A stretch of DNA of 52,453 nucleotides from an uncultured Candidatus Saccharibacteria bacterium (GTDB taxonomy: Bacteria > Patescibacteriota > Minisyncoccia > Phycocordibacterales > UBA9973), in contig CAZJQE010000001.1 of NCBI GenBank assembly GCA_964548505.1, positions 1-52,453 on the forward strand. Direction: 5' to 3'. Within the stretch, counting starts at the first letter, position 1, and each line of letters opens with the position of its first letter. Shown here in pieces: positions 8,675 to 17,295 of this stretch. The notes beneath the pieces were generated by a model that was not told the DNA's origin, searched no databases, and was given only the letters and a program-made list of their open reading frames with translations. Made by a program: the position numbers and the translations under genes.

Positions 8675-10135
8675 ATGAGCAATGAAATTTTAGGGTTATC
8701 ACCACAAGATTTGTGGTGGAACTTTTGGCAGTTGACCCAAATCCCAAGGCCCTCTAAGAAAGAAGAAAAGGTCCGGGCATTTGTGGTGAAATTCGGCAAG
8801 AAACTCGGATTAGAAACCATTGTCGATGAGGTCGGCAATGTGATTATCAGGAAACCGGCCACTCCCGGAATGGAAAACAGGAAAGGAGTGATCCTGCAGG
8901 GCCACCTCGACATGGTACCTCAAAAGAACGGTGACAAAGTGCATGATTTCGAAAAAGACCCCATCGATGCCTGGATTGATGGCGAATGGGTAAAGGCCAG
9001 TGGCACTACCTTGGGGGCCGATAATGGTATGGGAGTTGCCGCCACCATGGCGATCCTGGAATCAAAAGATATCCCTCATGGTCTAGTGGAGGCACTTTTT
9101 ACCATTGATGAAGAGACAGGCATGACCGGGGCTAAGGGAATAAAACCCGGGTTATTGCAGGGAGATATCCTACTGAACCTCGATTCGGAAGATGAAGGGG
9201 AACTTTACATCGGCTGTGCCGGTGGAACAAATGCAAATATTACTTTTACCTACAATGAAGTTCAGGTCCCGACAGGCGTTAGCGCCTTCAAAGTAAGCAT
9301 CACCGGGTTAAAAGGCGGTCATAGTGGGGTTGATATTCACCTGGGAAGAGGAAATTCGAACAAGATTTTAAACCGTTTCCTTTGGCATGCTTCAAAGAAC
9401 CACGGCCTGAGGATCAATGCTATTGATGGTGGCAGCCTGCGAAATGCAATCCCGAGAGAATCGTTTGCAATGGTTACCGTTCCCGACGCTGCAAAGGATG
9501 ATTTTCTGAAATGCCTTGCTGATTTTGCGATAAAAGCAAAAAAAGAGCTTTCTGCAGTGGAACCAGATATGAAAATGGAAGCCGTTGTTGCTCTAATGCC
9601 CACTTTCGTGATGGATGAAACAACCCAAAACAACCTTTTCAATGCCATTTATGGTTGTCCTAATGGAGTAATCAGGATGAGCAATGAAATGGCCGGGCTG
9701 GTCGAAACTTCAACGAACCTGGCCATCGTAAAATCGGAGAACAAGGAAATCAACATTCGTTGCCTCTTAAGAAGTTCAGTAGATTCAGCCAAAGAGGACC
9801 TGGAGAACATGATTCAAAGCGTGTTTGAACTTGCAGGTGCCAAGGTGATCTTTGATGGGCAATATCCCGGTTGGAAACCAAATCCCGCCTCCCCCATCCT
9901 GAAAGAGATGCTGGAAATCTATAAAAACAAATATGGTAAAACACCCGAAATCAGAGCCATTCATGCAGGACTTGAATGCGGCTTACTGGGTGGTGTTTAT
10001 CCGAACTGGGACATGATCTCCTTTGGTCCGACCATTCGTTACCCGCATTCACCGGATGAAAAAGTCAATATTGAAACCGTTCAGAAATTCTGGGATTTCC
10101 TGGTAGAAACATTGAAATTCGTACCGGTAAAGTAA
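8675..10135 (+). CDS. pepD: Aminoacyl-histidine (Xaa-His) dipeptidase, M20C family
   Basis: LWWNFWQLTQIPRPSKKEEKV...GNVIIRKPATPGMENRKGVILQGHLDMVPQKN plus ...FTIDEETGMTGA is a typical PepD. G+C and codon choice (CTG, GCC, GGC) are clearly different from the flanks. Confidence 0.9.
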   Translation: MSNEILGLSPQDLWWNFWQLTQIPRPSKKEEKVRAFVVKFGKKLGLETIVDEVGNVIIRKPATPGMENRKGVILQGHLDMVPQKNGDKVHDFEKDPIDAWIDGEWVKASGTTLGADNGMGVAATMAILESKDIPHGLVEALFTIDEETGMTGAKGIKPGLLQGDILLNLDSEDEGELYIGCAGGTNANITFTYNEVQVPTGVSAFKVSITGLKGGHSGVDIHLGRGNSNKILNRFLWHASKNHGLRINAIDGGSLRNAIPRESFAMVTVPDAAKDDFLKCLADFAIKAKKELSAVEPDMKMEAVVALMPTFVMDETTQNNLFNAIYGCPNGVIRMSNEMAGLVETSTNLAIVKSENKEINIRCLLRSSVDSAKEDLENMIQSVFELAGAKVIFDGQYPGWKPNPASPILKEMLEIYKNKYGKTPEIRAIHAGLECGLLGGVYPNWDMISFGPTIRYPHSPDEKVNIETVQKFWDFLVETLKFVPVK

Positions 10136-10161
10136 TCCATGATTTATTTTCAATCATGGAA

Positions 10162-10193
10162 AAGGCTACTTAATTTAAGAGTAGCCTTTTTTG
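10162..10193 (+). terminator. Rho-independent terminator after pepD
   Basis: AAGGCTACT-loop-AGTAGCCTT followed by TTTTTTG. Confidence 0.75.
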
Positions 10194-10263
10194 TTTGCAT
10201 TTTAAAAAATTGACAGTTAAAAAAGAAGGTATATTATAAAGAAGTTCATTTAATAATTTTATA

Positions 10264-10421
10264 AGATTGATTGGGGAAACTGGTTAAATTCCAGTACAGT
10301 GCCGCTACGGTAAGCTCCGACTAAGGTCGGAGACAAGTCCGAATGCCAATCATTCCAATATTCCCCGAGCAGGATATTAATTTTTAGTAAATTTAAATTC
10401 TGCTCCCGCAGAATTTTTTTA
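10264..10421 (+). promoter_or_regulatory. Cobalamin (B12) riboswitch-like leader with terminator expression platform
   Basis: P1 is GATTG(10266)/CAATC(10348). The core reads GGGGAAACTGGTTAAATTCCAGTACAGTGCCGCTACGGT. There is a hairpin GCTCCGAC/GTCGGAG and a B12-box-like AAGTCCGAATGCC. Then comes the terminator ATTCTGC-TCCC-GCAGAAT plus T7 (10397-10421), with a competing GAGCAG/CTGCTC pairing. Confidence 0.7.
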
Positions 10422-10426
10422 TTTTT

Positions 10427-10858
10427 ATGTTAAAAACAAAAACACAAAAAATCACAGTAATATTTATTTTAATATTAATATGTATTTTTCTAATTTCAAT
10501 CTATCAAAAAAAACCTAACAGAAATCCTAACAGGCAAGACCTGTTAAAAACTAAACAGGTCTTGCCTGTTAATAATATAGCCTTTCTTGAAGTAAGTGGA
10601 GTTAAATACGAAACTAGTATCCAGCAAGAAATAAGTGTCTATGATTTTATGCAAAAATTAAAAGATGAACGAAAAATAGATTTTGAATCAAAAAATTATA
10701 CTGGTATAGGAAAATTTATTGAGAGTATTAATGAGGTAAAAAATGGAGATAAAAGTTGGGTATATTATGTTAACAATAAAAAAGCAGAAATCGGTGTATC
10801 AAATTACAAAATTAAAAATAGAGATATTGTCTCGTGGAAATACGAGAATAGCTATTAG
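10427..10858 (+). CDS. Membrane-anchored DUF4430-domain protein (transcobalamin beta-domain-like)
   Basis: N-terminal TM helix followed by one domain: VSGVKYETSI...VYDFMQKL...GKFIESINEVKNGDKSWVYYVNNKKAEIGVSNYKIKNRDIVSWKY, which matches the DUF4430 pattern. Confidence 0.7.
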   Translation: MLKTKTQKITVIFILILICIFLISIYQKKPNRNPNRQDLLKTKQVLPVNNIAFLEVSGVKYETSIQQEISVYDFMQKLKDERKIDFESKNYTGIGKFIESINEVKNGDKSWVYYVNNKKAEIGVSNYKIKNRDIVSWKYENSY

Positions 10859-10891
10859 TTGTAAGTTAATGTTTCTAAGTTAGAAAATGAA

Positions 10892-12499
10892 ATGAAAAAT
10901 ATAAAAATAATATTATTGATAATATTTTCAGTTATTATTTTGTTTGGTATAGTAATTACTGCCCATGCAACACTCAATGTTGACACAGAAGTAAATGTAC
11001 CTGAAATTTGCAGTGTAGCTGATACTGACGGGGTTACTCATAACTATGGAGAAGTAAATCAATATCTTGCTATTTGCGCACTTTACTCAGCAATAAATAA
11101 CGGTTCAATATTTAACACTCAACTCTCAAATCAATATCCAAACCTAGGACTATTTGTTATTGCAATTAACAACGTTGTTGCAGACCCAAATAGCCAATAT
11201 TGGGCAATTTATCAAAATGGAAATTTTGCAAATTCTGGTATTACTTCACTCCCAGTCATAGCAGGAGATACAATAATGTTTCAACTCCACGATTTTTCCG
11301 ACAATAACCAAGGAGATCAGGTAACACTGCATATACATTCTTTGGGTGCACCAACACCTATGGGCTCTGGAGCACTTATCCAATCTACTAATACAACTTC
11401 TCTAGAGACTTTGGATATAGTTCCAGAAAAAATAATTAAACCAATTTTTGACACAAAAAAAGCCTTTGATTTTTTAATATCACAACAAAAAGAAGATGGG
11501 TCATGGAGCACAGATTTATACACTGATTGGTCAGCATTAGCAATTGAACCAAATGAAAATCTCCAAGAACAAAAAAACAAACTTGGAACTTATTTAAAAG
11601 AAAATAAATTATCTAATATAAGTTTAACTGATTATGAAAGACACGTTATGGCTCTTATGGCGCTTGGAATAAATCCATATAAATTAAATGGCGAAAACTA
11701 TGTAGATAAAATAATAAAAGAGTTTGATGGTAATCAGTTTGGGAATAAAGACGAGGATAATGACGACATCTTTGCACTTATAATTTTACAAAATGCGGGT
11801 TTTGGAAAAAATGAAGAAATTATAAATAATACAAGTAATTTTATTCTTTCAAAACAAAAAGAAAATGGTTCATGGGATGAAAATCCAGATATGACTGGTG
11901 CTGGAATTGAGTCTTTGGCATTTTTAAAAGAAAATGAACAAATAAAAAATGCATTAGAAAAAGCAAAGGAATATTTAAAACAAAACCAAAAAGACGATGG
12001 AGGATTTGGAAACATTTCTTCTACTGCGTGGGCAATAGAAGGTATAATTTCTCTAGGTGAAAAAGTAGAAAATTGGAAAAAAAATGATAATACTCCAATT
12101 GATTACTTAGCACAAAACCAAGATCAAGATGGCGGAATAAAAAATGAAAACAAAGATACAAAACTCTGGGAAACCATATATGTACTTTCTGCTATATCTG
12201 GTCACTCATGGACAGAAATTATGCAAAAGTTTGGTAAACCAATCATGGAACAAAAAGTAGAGATCATAGAAGAAAAAATCCCAGTTAACCTCTCTTATGG
12301 TAAAAATATAACTGAAACCAAAAAAATAGTTACTAAACAAAATATACCAAATGTAGCTAAAACTACTATTATAGAAAATTTAGGAACTATTAATACAGCC
12401 TCAGTCATTAACGCAACAACAAACACAAATGTGAAAACAAAAAATACAGAGAGTTCTTTACAAAGATTTCTAGGTAAAATTTTTGAAATGTTTTTTTAA
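10892..12499 (+). CDS. Exported DUF4430 plus prenyltransferase/squalene-cyclase-like alpha/alpha-repeat protein
   Basis: Signal peptide. DUF4430-like region ...GLFVIAINNVVADPNSQYWAIYQNGNFANSGITSLPVIAGDTIMFQL. Then repeated QQKEDGSWS, KQKENGSWD, NQKDDGGFG and NQDQDGGIK motifs typical of terpenoid-cyclase/prenyltransferase repeats. Confidence 0.7.
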   Translation: MKNIKIILLIIFSVIILFGIVITAHATLNVDTEVNVPEICSVADTDGVTHNYGEVNQYLAICALYSAINNGSIFNTQLSNQYPNLGLFVIAINNVVADPNSQYWAIYQNGNFANSGITSLPVIAGDTIMFQLHDFSDNNQGDQVTLHIHSLGAPTPMGSGALIQSTNTTSLETLDIVPEKIIKPIFDTKKAFDFLISQQKEDGSWSTDLYTDWSALAIEPNENLQEQKNKLGTYLKENKLSNISLTDYERHVMALMALGINPYKLNGENYVDKIIKEFDGNQFGNKDEDNDDIFALIILQNAGFGKNEEIINNTSNFILSKQKENGSWDENPDMTGAGIESLAFLKENEQIKNALEKAKEYLKQNQKDDGGFGNISSTAWAIEGIISLGEKVENWKKNDNTPIDYLAQNQDQDGGIKNENKDTKLWETIYVLSAISGHSWTEIMQKFGKPIMEQKVEIIEEKIPVNLSYGKNITETKKIVTKQNIPNVAKTTIIENLGTINTASVINATTNTNVKTKNTESSLQRFLGKIFEMFF

Positions 12500-12503
12500 T
12501 TTA

Positions 12504-13121
12504 CTATTTCATCGTAGTAAAAAACCCTAACAATACAGCTACAATATTCAGAATTGAATGTGTAATCGAAATAAGCACTAAGTTTGGATATTTTATATAT
12601 AACCATGCAAAGAAAACCCCAGAAATAAAAGCGATTGGGAGACCTATTCCTAAATTTGGGAAAATTATATGTAAAAACATGAAAAGTATTGCATTAATAA
12701 AAATTATAAAATAATTATTACTATATATTTTTTTTAACATTGGAATCAAAAAAGAACGAAAAGCAAATTCTTGAAAAAAAGAAATTGGTATGAAAAATAT
12801 CCAAGTTCTTATGAGATACTTTTGTGTCTCTATGTCGGGCATATTTAATTTGTGATCTAGTAGAAACAAAGCTACTACTCCAATTACAACAAAAGATAAA
12901 TAAAAAGGAATTGCTTTTTTAAAGTTATCATGATGAATCCCCATTTCTTCATAACTCCACTCTTCACGTGTGATGATCCCATAAATGATAAGGGAGCAAA
13001 TTGTAAGTAAAACAATCCGCCAACTCATTGGGATAATACCAAAATACAATAAAAAAACTGGCAATATAAATATAATGAATATCTGAGTTAGTATTAACTT
13101 TTTTGATGGCACATTTACCAT
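12504..13121 (-). CDS. CPBP family intramembrane glutamic endopeptidase (CAAX protease-like)
   Basis: Polytopic membrane protein. Carries the motifs FFQEFAFRSF, FMFLHIIF and ITHSILN. Confidence 0.8.
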   Translation of the reverse strand: MVNVPSKKLILTQIFIIFILPVFLLYFGIIPMSWRIVLLTICSLIIYGIITREEWSYEEMGIHHDNFKKAIPFYLSFVVIGVVALFLLDHKLNMPDIETQKYLIRTWIFFIPISFFQEFAFRSFLIPMLKKIYSNNYFIIFINAILFMFLHIIFPNLGIGLPIAFISGVFFAWLYIKYPNLVLISITHSILNIVAVLLGFFTTMK

Positions 13122-13171
13122 ACTTACTATTTTAAACTATAATTAAGAATTAACCTATTCATAAGATTTTT

Positions 13172-13702
13172 TTAAAGATGTATCCAGAATCTTAGCATTG
13201 TTTCTCCTTCTTCATTTTTCATTTTGTTAATAAATATTCCACCATTGTTTTCTATTATTTTCCTTGAACCAATATTTGTTTCTAAACAAGTAATTATTAT
13301 TTTTTTATTATAAAATTTTTTTGCTTTTCTAAGCCCAAGCCTAAGCATTTCTGTACCATATCCTTTTCTTCGTTCTCTTGGAACAACTGCATAACCAATA
13401 TATCCACCAGTTGCAGACAAAAGTTTACTAGGCTTCTGTCTTATATCTAAACGTCCAACTACTTTATTCCCCAAAACTCCCCAATATAAGGTCGAGGGCA
13501 CTCTTCCCTTTTTTAAATTTATTCCCTTTCTTCTTTCTGTCATTTTTTTATTATATATATGAAAATCTTTCAAAGAGGTAAATAGCCCAGTACCACCACC
13601 GGCTGCTGTTATTCTTTTATCCTTTTGGTATTCCTTTTCTCCCTTTAAATAAGAGAGTGCATATTTTTTATTTGGTAAAATAAGTTTCAAATTCTGTTTC
13701 AT
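13172..13702 (-). CDS. GNAT family N-acetyltransferase
   Basis: Acetyl-CoA binding motif VVPRERRKGYGTEMLRLGLRKAKK. Confidence 0.8.
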   Translation of the reverse strand: MKQNLKLILPNKKYALSYLKGEKEYQKDKRITAAGGGTGLFTSLKDFHIYNKKMTERRKGINLKKGRVPSTLYWGVLGNKVVGRLDIRQKPSKLLSATGGYIGYAVVPRERRKGYGTEMLRLGLRKAKKFYNKKIIITCLETNIGSRKIIENNGGIFINKMKNEEGETMLRFWIHL

Positions 13703-13879
13703 ATTTCTATTATAACTGTTTTTCCTTGTTTATTAAAATATATTGACTTAAAATAAAATATGTTTTATACTTTGTTAAACTATCGTAACTTGAAAATTCT
13801 CTGATTTAACCTTTCAGTATAGCTCTTTGAGTGTCAATTTTTTGATTCTCTTGGAACTGTACTTAAAATTATATGTGTC

Positions 13880-14212
13880 ATGGAAACTGAAATGATCGAC
13901 AAAATACTGAAATTAAAATTTAATGTATTAATTTTTATTTCGGTTGTGGGTTTGTTAATTATAACTATCCACTCAGTGATTTTTTTAAAGTCTCTAGAAA
14001 AAATTTTTATCCAAGGATCTTTATTGGGTATTGGTGCAATTATGTGTATTTCATCTTTATATGTTTTGTATTTAAAAATGAAATATATTTATACCAAAAA
14101 TCTTTTAAAGAAAATCCTGATAATTACATTGGCAATAATACCACTATGCTTTGCGGTATTTTGGTCTTTATGTCATTGTATTAGAATAACTGTAGAGACT
14201 CATTCCCCTTAG
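13880..14212 (+). CDS. Small polytopic membrane protein, unknown function
   Basis: Three predicted TM helices. No recognised motif. Confidence 0.4.
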   Translation: METEMIDKILKLKFNVLIFISVVGLLIITIHSVIFLKSLEKIFIQGSLLGIGAIMCISSLYVLYLKMKYIYTKNLLKKILIITLAIIPLCFAVFWSLCHCIRITVETHSP

Positions 14213-14217
14213 GCTTA

Positions 14218-14847
14218 TCAACTAAGCTTTCGGGGAATTTTTTTATGTTCTTCAATCTTCCCAGCTTCAATTTCTATTTTTTCTGCTTTTCGGAATTTTC
14301 TAACAACTTTCTTTGGTGCAATGTCGTAGTATTTAATTTTATAGAGTTCATTATCTATCCCCCACAAGTTCCCTTCCGTTCCCTCCCAACCTTTTTCGAA
14401 AATATTTAAATTAAGTGGCTTGGAATATTGTCGTAAAGTTTTTACACCACTATCTAAAAAATATTCATGAAAATATGACATCACAAGTTCACGAATATTT
14501 TTATAAACTGGCTCACGATATCGTAGAACTGCATGATTAGTTTTTGAGAGTGCTCCCCAAAGCCCGTCTTGCTTAAACGGAACAATCAAATGACTAAAAT
14601 CACTTTTGGTAGTCATAAGATGCACAAGTAATGGCTGGTACCCATGTTTTGACAAAATATATGCTCCAAGTATTGCCCCTTCAGCACAATGGGCTTTTCC
14701 TTTTCTCATAATAGATATCGGGGATTCCAATGTATCCTCACCGTTCTCTTCAAAATTAAATTTCAAAGAATTCAAATAATCCTGCACTTTTGCCGGAGTG
14801 TTTAATTTTCTAATTAATTCTAATTCTTTTTTAGTAAATTCTAACAC
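14218..14847 (-). CDS. Transglutaminase-like (papain-fold) protein, putative
   Basis: KGKAHCAEGAILGAYILSKHGYQP resembles the catalytic-Cys segment of transglutaminase-like domains. A downstream His lies in DFSHLIV. Confidence 0.45.
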   Translation of the reverse strand: MLEFTKKELELIRKLNTPAKVQDYLNSLKFNFEENGEDTLESPISIMRKGKAHCAEGAILGAYILSKHGYQPLLVHLMTTKSDFSHLIVPFKQDGLWGALSKTNHAVLRYREPVYKNIRELVMSYFHEYFLDSGVKTLRQYSKPLNLNIFEKGWEGTEGNLWGIDNELYKIKYYDIAPKKVVRKFRKAEKIEIEAGKIEEHKKIPRKLS

Positions 14848-14867
14848 CTTATAATTTTACCATTTAA

Positions 14868-14897
14868 AAAGCTCCGGCCAAAGGCCGGAGCTTTTAT
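14868..14897 (-). terminator. Rho-independent terminator after the SWIB gene (A/T tracts on both sides)
   Basis: AAAAAGCTCCGGCC-AAA-GGCCGGAGCTTTTA. Confidence 0.8.
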
Positions 14898-14909
14898 TTG
14901 TTACTTTTA

Positions 14910-15158
14910 TTATGAAAGATGCTTTGAAACTAATTTGGTCATTTCAAACATGTCCACTACCGCTTTTCCGCCAAATACTTTTTTAAGATTTTCGTCCGCA
15001 ATGATATTTCTCTTTGCTTTTGGATCCTGAAGATTATTTTTCTTAATGTAAACCCAAAGCTTCTTAACTACTTCAGATCTTGGCATTGGGCCCTTCCCAA
15101 CTACTGCCGCTAACTCTGGACTTATCTTAAGAGGCTTCATAAATGCTGATGTTGCCAT
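14910..15158 (-). CDS. SWIB/MDM2 domain protein
   Basis: LAAVVGKGPMPRSEVVKKLWVYIKKNNLQDPKAKRNIIADENLKKVFG...MFEMTKLVSKHL is a near-textbook SWIB domain. Confidence 0.85.
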   Translation of the reverse strand: MATSAFMKPLKISPELAAVVGKGPMPRSEVVKKLWVYIKKNNLQDPKAKRNIIADENLKKVFGGKAVVDMFEMTKLVSKHLS

Positions 15159-15182
15159 ATATTTATATTTTTGCCCTTTTGA

Positions 15183-15205
15183 GGCTGTCCGCCTAGGGCG
15201 GAATT
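15183..15205. repeat. Partial copy of the double-hairpin motif
   Basis: GGCTGTCCGCCTAGGGCGGAATT. Compare GGCTGATCCGCCTCAGGCGGAAAT at 1008-1031. Confidence 0.6.
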
Positions 15206-15236
15206 AATAATAATTACCCTTACATTATAACCTATT

Positions 15237-16781
15237 TTATTCAAATTCAGTAGTAGCTGGAGGTTTCGTAGTCCAATCAAACATCACTCGTACAATTTTT
15301 GGATGCTTAACAAGTGCACTAGATATTTCTTCGCAAATTTCTGATGATAAATAAAAACCTGTTACCGTCATAAAGTCTACTGTGTGCACCGTTCGCACCA
15401 CTAGAGTATATCCATACACCCTGCCATCCCCTTTTACTCCTACTGTTTTCACTCCCAAAAGTGCCACAATTGTTTGAGAGATTTTTTCGTAAATTTCATG
15501 CTTCTTTAAAATTTCTGCAACTAAAAAATCTGCCTCACGTACAATTTCTAAAAGTTCTTCCGTCACAGGTATTCCTAAAATTCTCAAATAAAGTCCTGGT
15601 CCTGGGAAGGGTTGTCTTTTGGAAACTAATTCATCAAGTCCAAATTCATGTGCTAACTCTCTTACTTCAAATTTAAATAAATCATCGAGTGGAGAAATTT
15701 CAATTAATCCCAAATCAAGATCAACATTGTGATGAGTCTTTATTAGCGCAGAACCCCCTACGCTACCTGACTCTATTAAATCCGTCGCAAGGGTACCTTG
15801 AATCATATGTGTTGCATTGAAGCTTTTTGCAACTTCACAAAAAACTTCTCCATAAACTGCTCTAAATCTTGCACGTTTTTCTTCAGCATCGATTGTCGTC
15901 CCAACTTCTTGGATAAATTTTTCTTTATAGTTATCAATTATTTTTAAATCTATCCCTGCACGAACGGCAATCTCTTTTACTTTTTTCACTTCTCGTTTTC
16001 GCATTCCACCCGTATCAATAAAAAATGCTTTCAATTGTTCCTTTAATTTAGGTGCTAAAATCGCAGCGAGTGTTGTAGAGTCTACTCCCCCTGAAACACC
16101 GATTATAGCAACTCCACCACCTAATATTTTCTTTGTATTCTCCTGTATCTCAGTTACTAAATCTACTCTTGAATAATCCTTTACACATCCACAAATCTTT
16201 TCAATAAAATTATTTAAAATAATGTTTTCATCTTCTGTTTGTTCTACCTCGGGATGAAATTGCACTGCCCAAAGTTTTTTTGTGGTAGATTCCATGGCTT
16301 CAATGACTGTGCCACCCTTTGAAGTAGCCGTGATTTCAAATCCAAGAGGAACACTCGCTACTGAATCTCCGTGACTAGACCATGCATTTATACTTTCCTT
16401 AAGACCTTCAAAGAGAATACTTTTTTTATTTTTTTCAAAATTAATTTCGACGGGACCATACGATTTTCCTTCGAGAACATGTTGTACAGAATTATTGTCT
16501 TCATTGTATGCCATCCACTGCATCCCAAAACATATTCCTAAGATTGGAATACTGAAATCTAGAATTTCTTTCGGTATTTTTGGCGCATCGGCTTCGTAAA
16601 CACTAGCACTTCCCCCTGAAATTATTATTCCTTTTGCTTGATTATTTTTTAGCCATTCCAATGATTTTTCTGGCGACAAAATTATAGACTTAAAACCCAA
16701 ATACCTTAATGATCTTCTAATAATTTGAGTATACTGAGAACCAGAATCAATAATTAAAATTTGAATTTTTGTATCTTGCAT
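15237..16781 (-). CDS. guaA: GMP synthase (glutamine-hydrolysing)
   Basis: GATase domain (ILGICFGMQ, QFHPEV), ATP-PPase motif GVSGGVDS and the C-terminal dimerisation domain ending PPATTEFE. The start was placed at MQDTKIQ. The ORF track extends to 16805. Confidence 0.95.
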   Translation of the reverse strand: MQDTKIQILIIDSGSQYTQIIRRSLRYLGFKSIILSPEKSLEWLKNNQAKGIIISGGSASVYEADAPKIPKEILDFSIPILGICFGMQWMAYNEDNNSVQHVLEGKSYGPVEINFEKNKKSILFEGLKESINAWSSHGDSVASVPLGFEITATSKGGTVIEAMESTTKKLWAVQFHPEVEQTEDENIILNNFIEKICGCVKDYSRVDLVTEIQENTKKILGGGVAIIGVSGGVDSTTLAAILAPKLKEQLKAFFIDTGGMRKREVKKVKEIAVRAGIDLKIIDNYKEKFIQEVGTTIDAEEKRARFRAVYGEVFCEVAKSFNATHMIQGTLATDLIESGSVGGSALIKTHHNVDLDLGLIEISPLDDLFKFEVRELAHEFGLDELVSKRQPFPGPGLYLRILGIPVTEELLEIVREADFLVAEILKKHEIYEKISQTIVALLGVKTVGVKGDGRVYGYTLVVRTVHTVDFMTVTGFYLSSEICEEISSALVKHPKIVRVMFDWTTKPPATTEFE

Positions 16782-16794
16782 TGTTATATACTTT

Positions 16795-17058
16795 TTATAG
16801 ACCAAGATCCTTTACAGAATTAAGTAAATCAGTAGGGTTAGTTCCCCCAGAAGAATCAAGCCCCCCCAAAGCTCCTAGATAATTATTCATAAAAGCAGGG
16901 ATAGCAAAGAGAAGTCCGATTATAGGCACCACGACAGCAATAACTGTAATCCAAATAATCATCAAGAAATATTTTCTTGTTTTTTCAACTGATTTATAAA
17001 TGGCATCTATTTTTACGCCCTGTTCTTCTATTTTCTTTTTTAATTCTTCGTTTTCCAT
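16795..17058 (-). CDS. Small membrane protein, unknown function
   Basis: N-terminal helical region followed by one TM helix (MIIWITVIAVVVPIIGLLFAIPAF). Confidence 0.5.
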   Translation of the reverse strand: MENEELKKKIEEQGVKIDAIYKSVEKTRKYFLMIIWITVIAVVVPIIGLLFAIPAFMNNYLGALGGLDSSGGTNPTDLLNSVKDLGL

Positions 17059-17112
17059 CCTTCCATTATATACTTATTGATTAATTCTAACAAATTTTAT
17101 ATTATATAAAAT

Positions 17113-17295
17113 ATGCACGACGAAGATAGTAGCGAAGAACAAAAAGATGACCGAAATACTTGCCCAACCTGTGGACTCCGTCAGTATGGCACAGTATGCG
17201 CAAATTGCGGTATTGATATAGACAACGGAGAAGAAGACCCTGATAAGAAAAAAGAGGATGAGTATGATGAGTACGACTATCGCGAACGTAGATGA
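17113..17295 (+). CDS. Small acidic zinc-ribbon protein
   Basis: CPTCG...CANCG pair in a 60-aa acidic protein. Locally higher G+C. Its stop abuts the stop of the convergent gene. Confidence 0.45.
   Translation: MHDEDSSEEQKDDRNTCPTCGLRQYGTVCANCGIDIDNGEEDPDKKKEDEYDEYDYRERR

Noticed and set aside
8641-8913. Minus-strand 90-aa ORF overlapping the pepD start
   Set aside because: It is antisense to a strongly supported PepD gene. It has no motif and is an artefact of the higher G+C in this segment.
8580-10200. pepD segment as a metagenome assembly chimera
   Set aside because: This is not fully excluded. It was judged less likely because AT-rich native-type sequence resumes on both sides and the insert is a single complete gene with its own terminator. 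It is kept as a finding, with read mapping as the decisive test.
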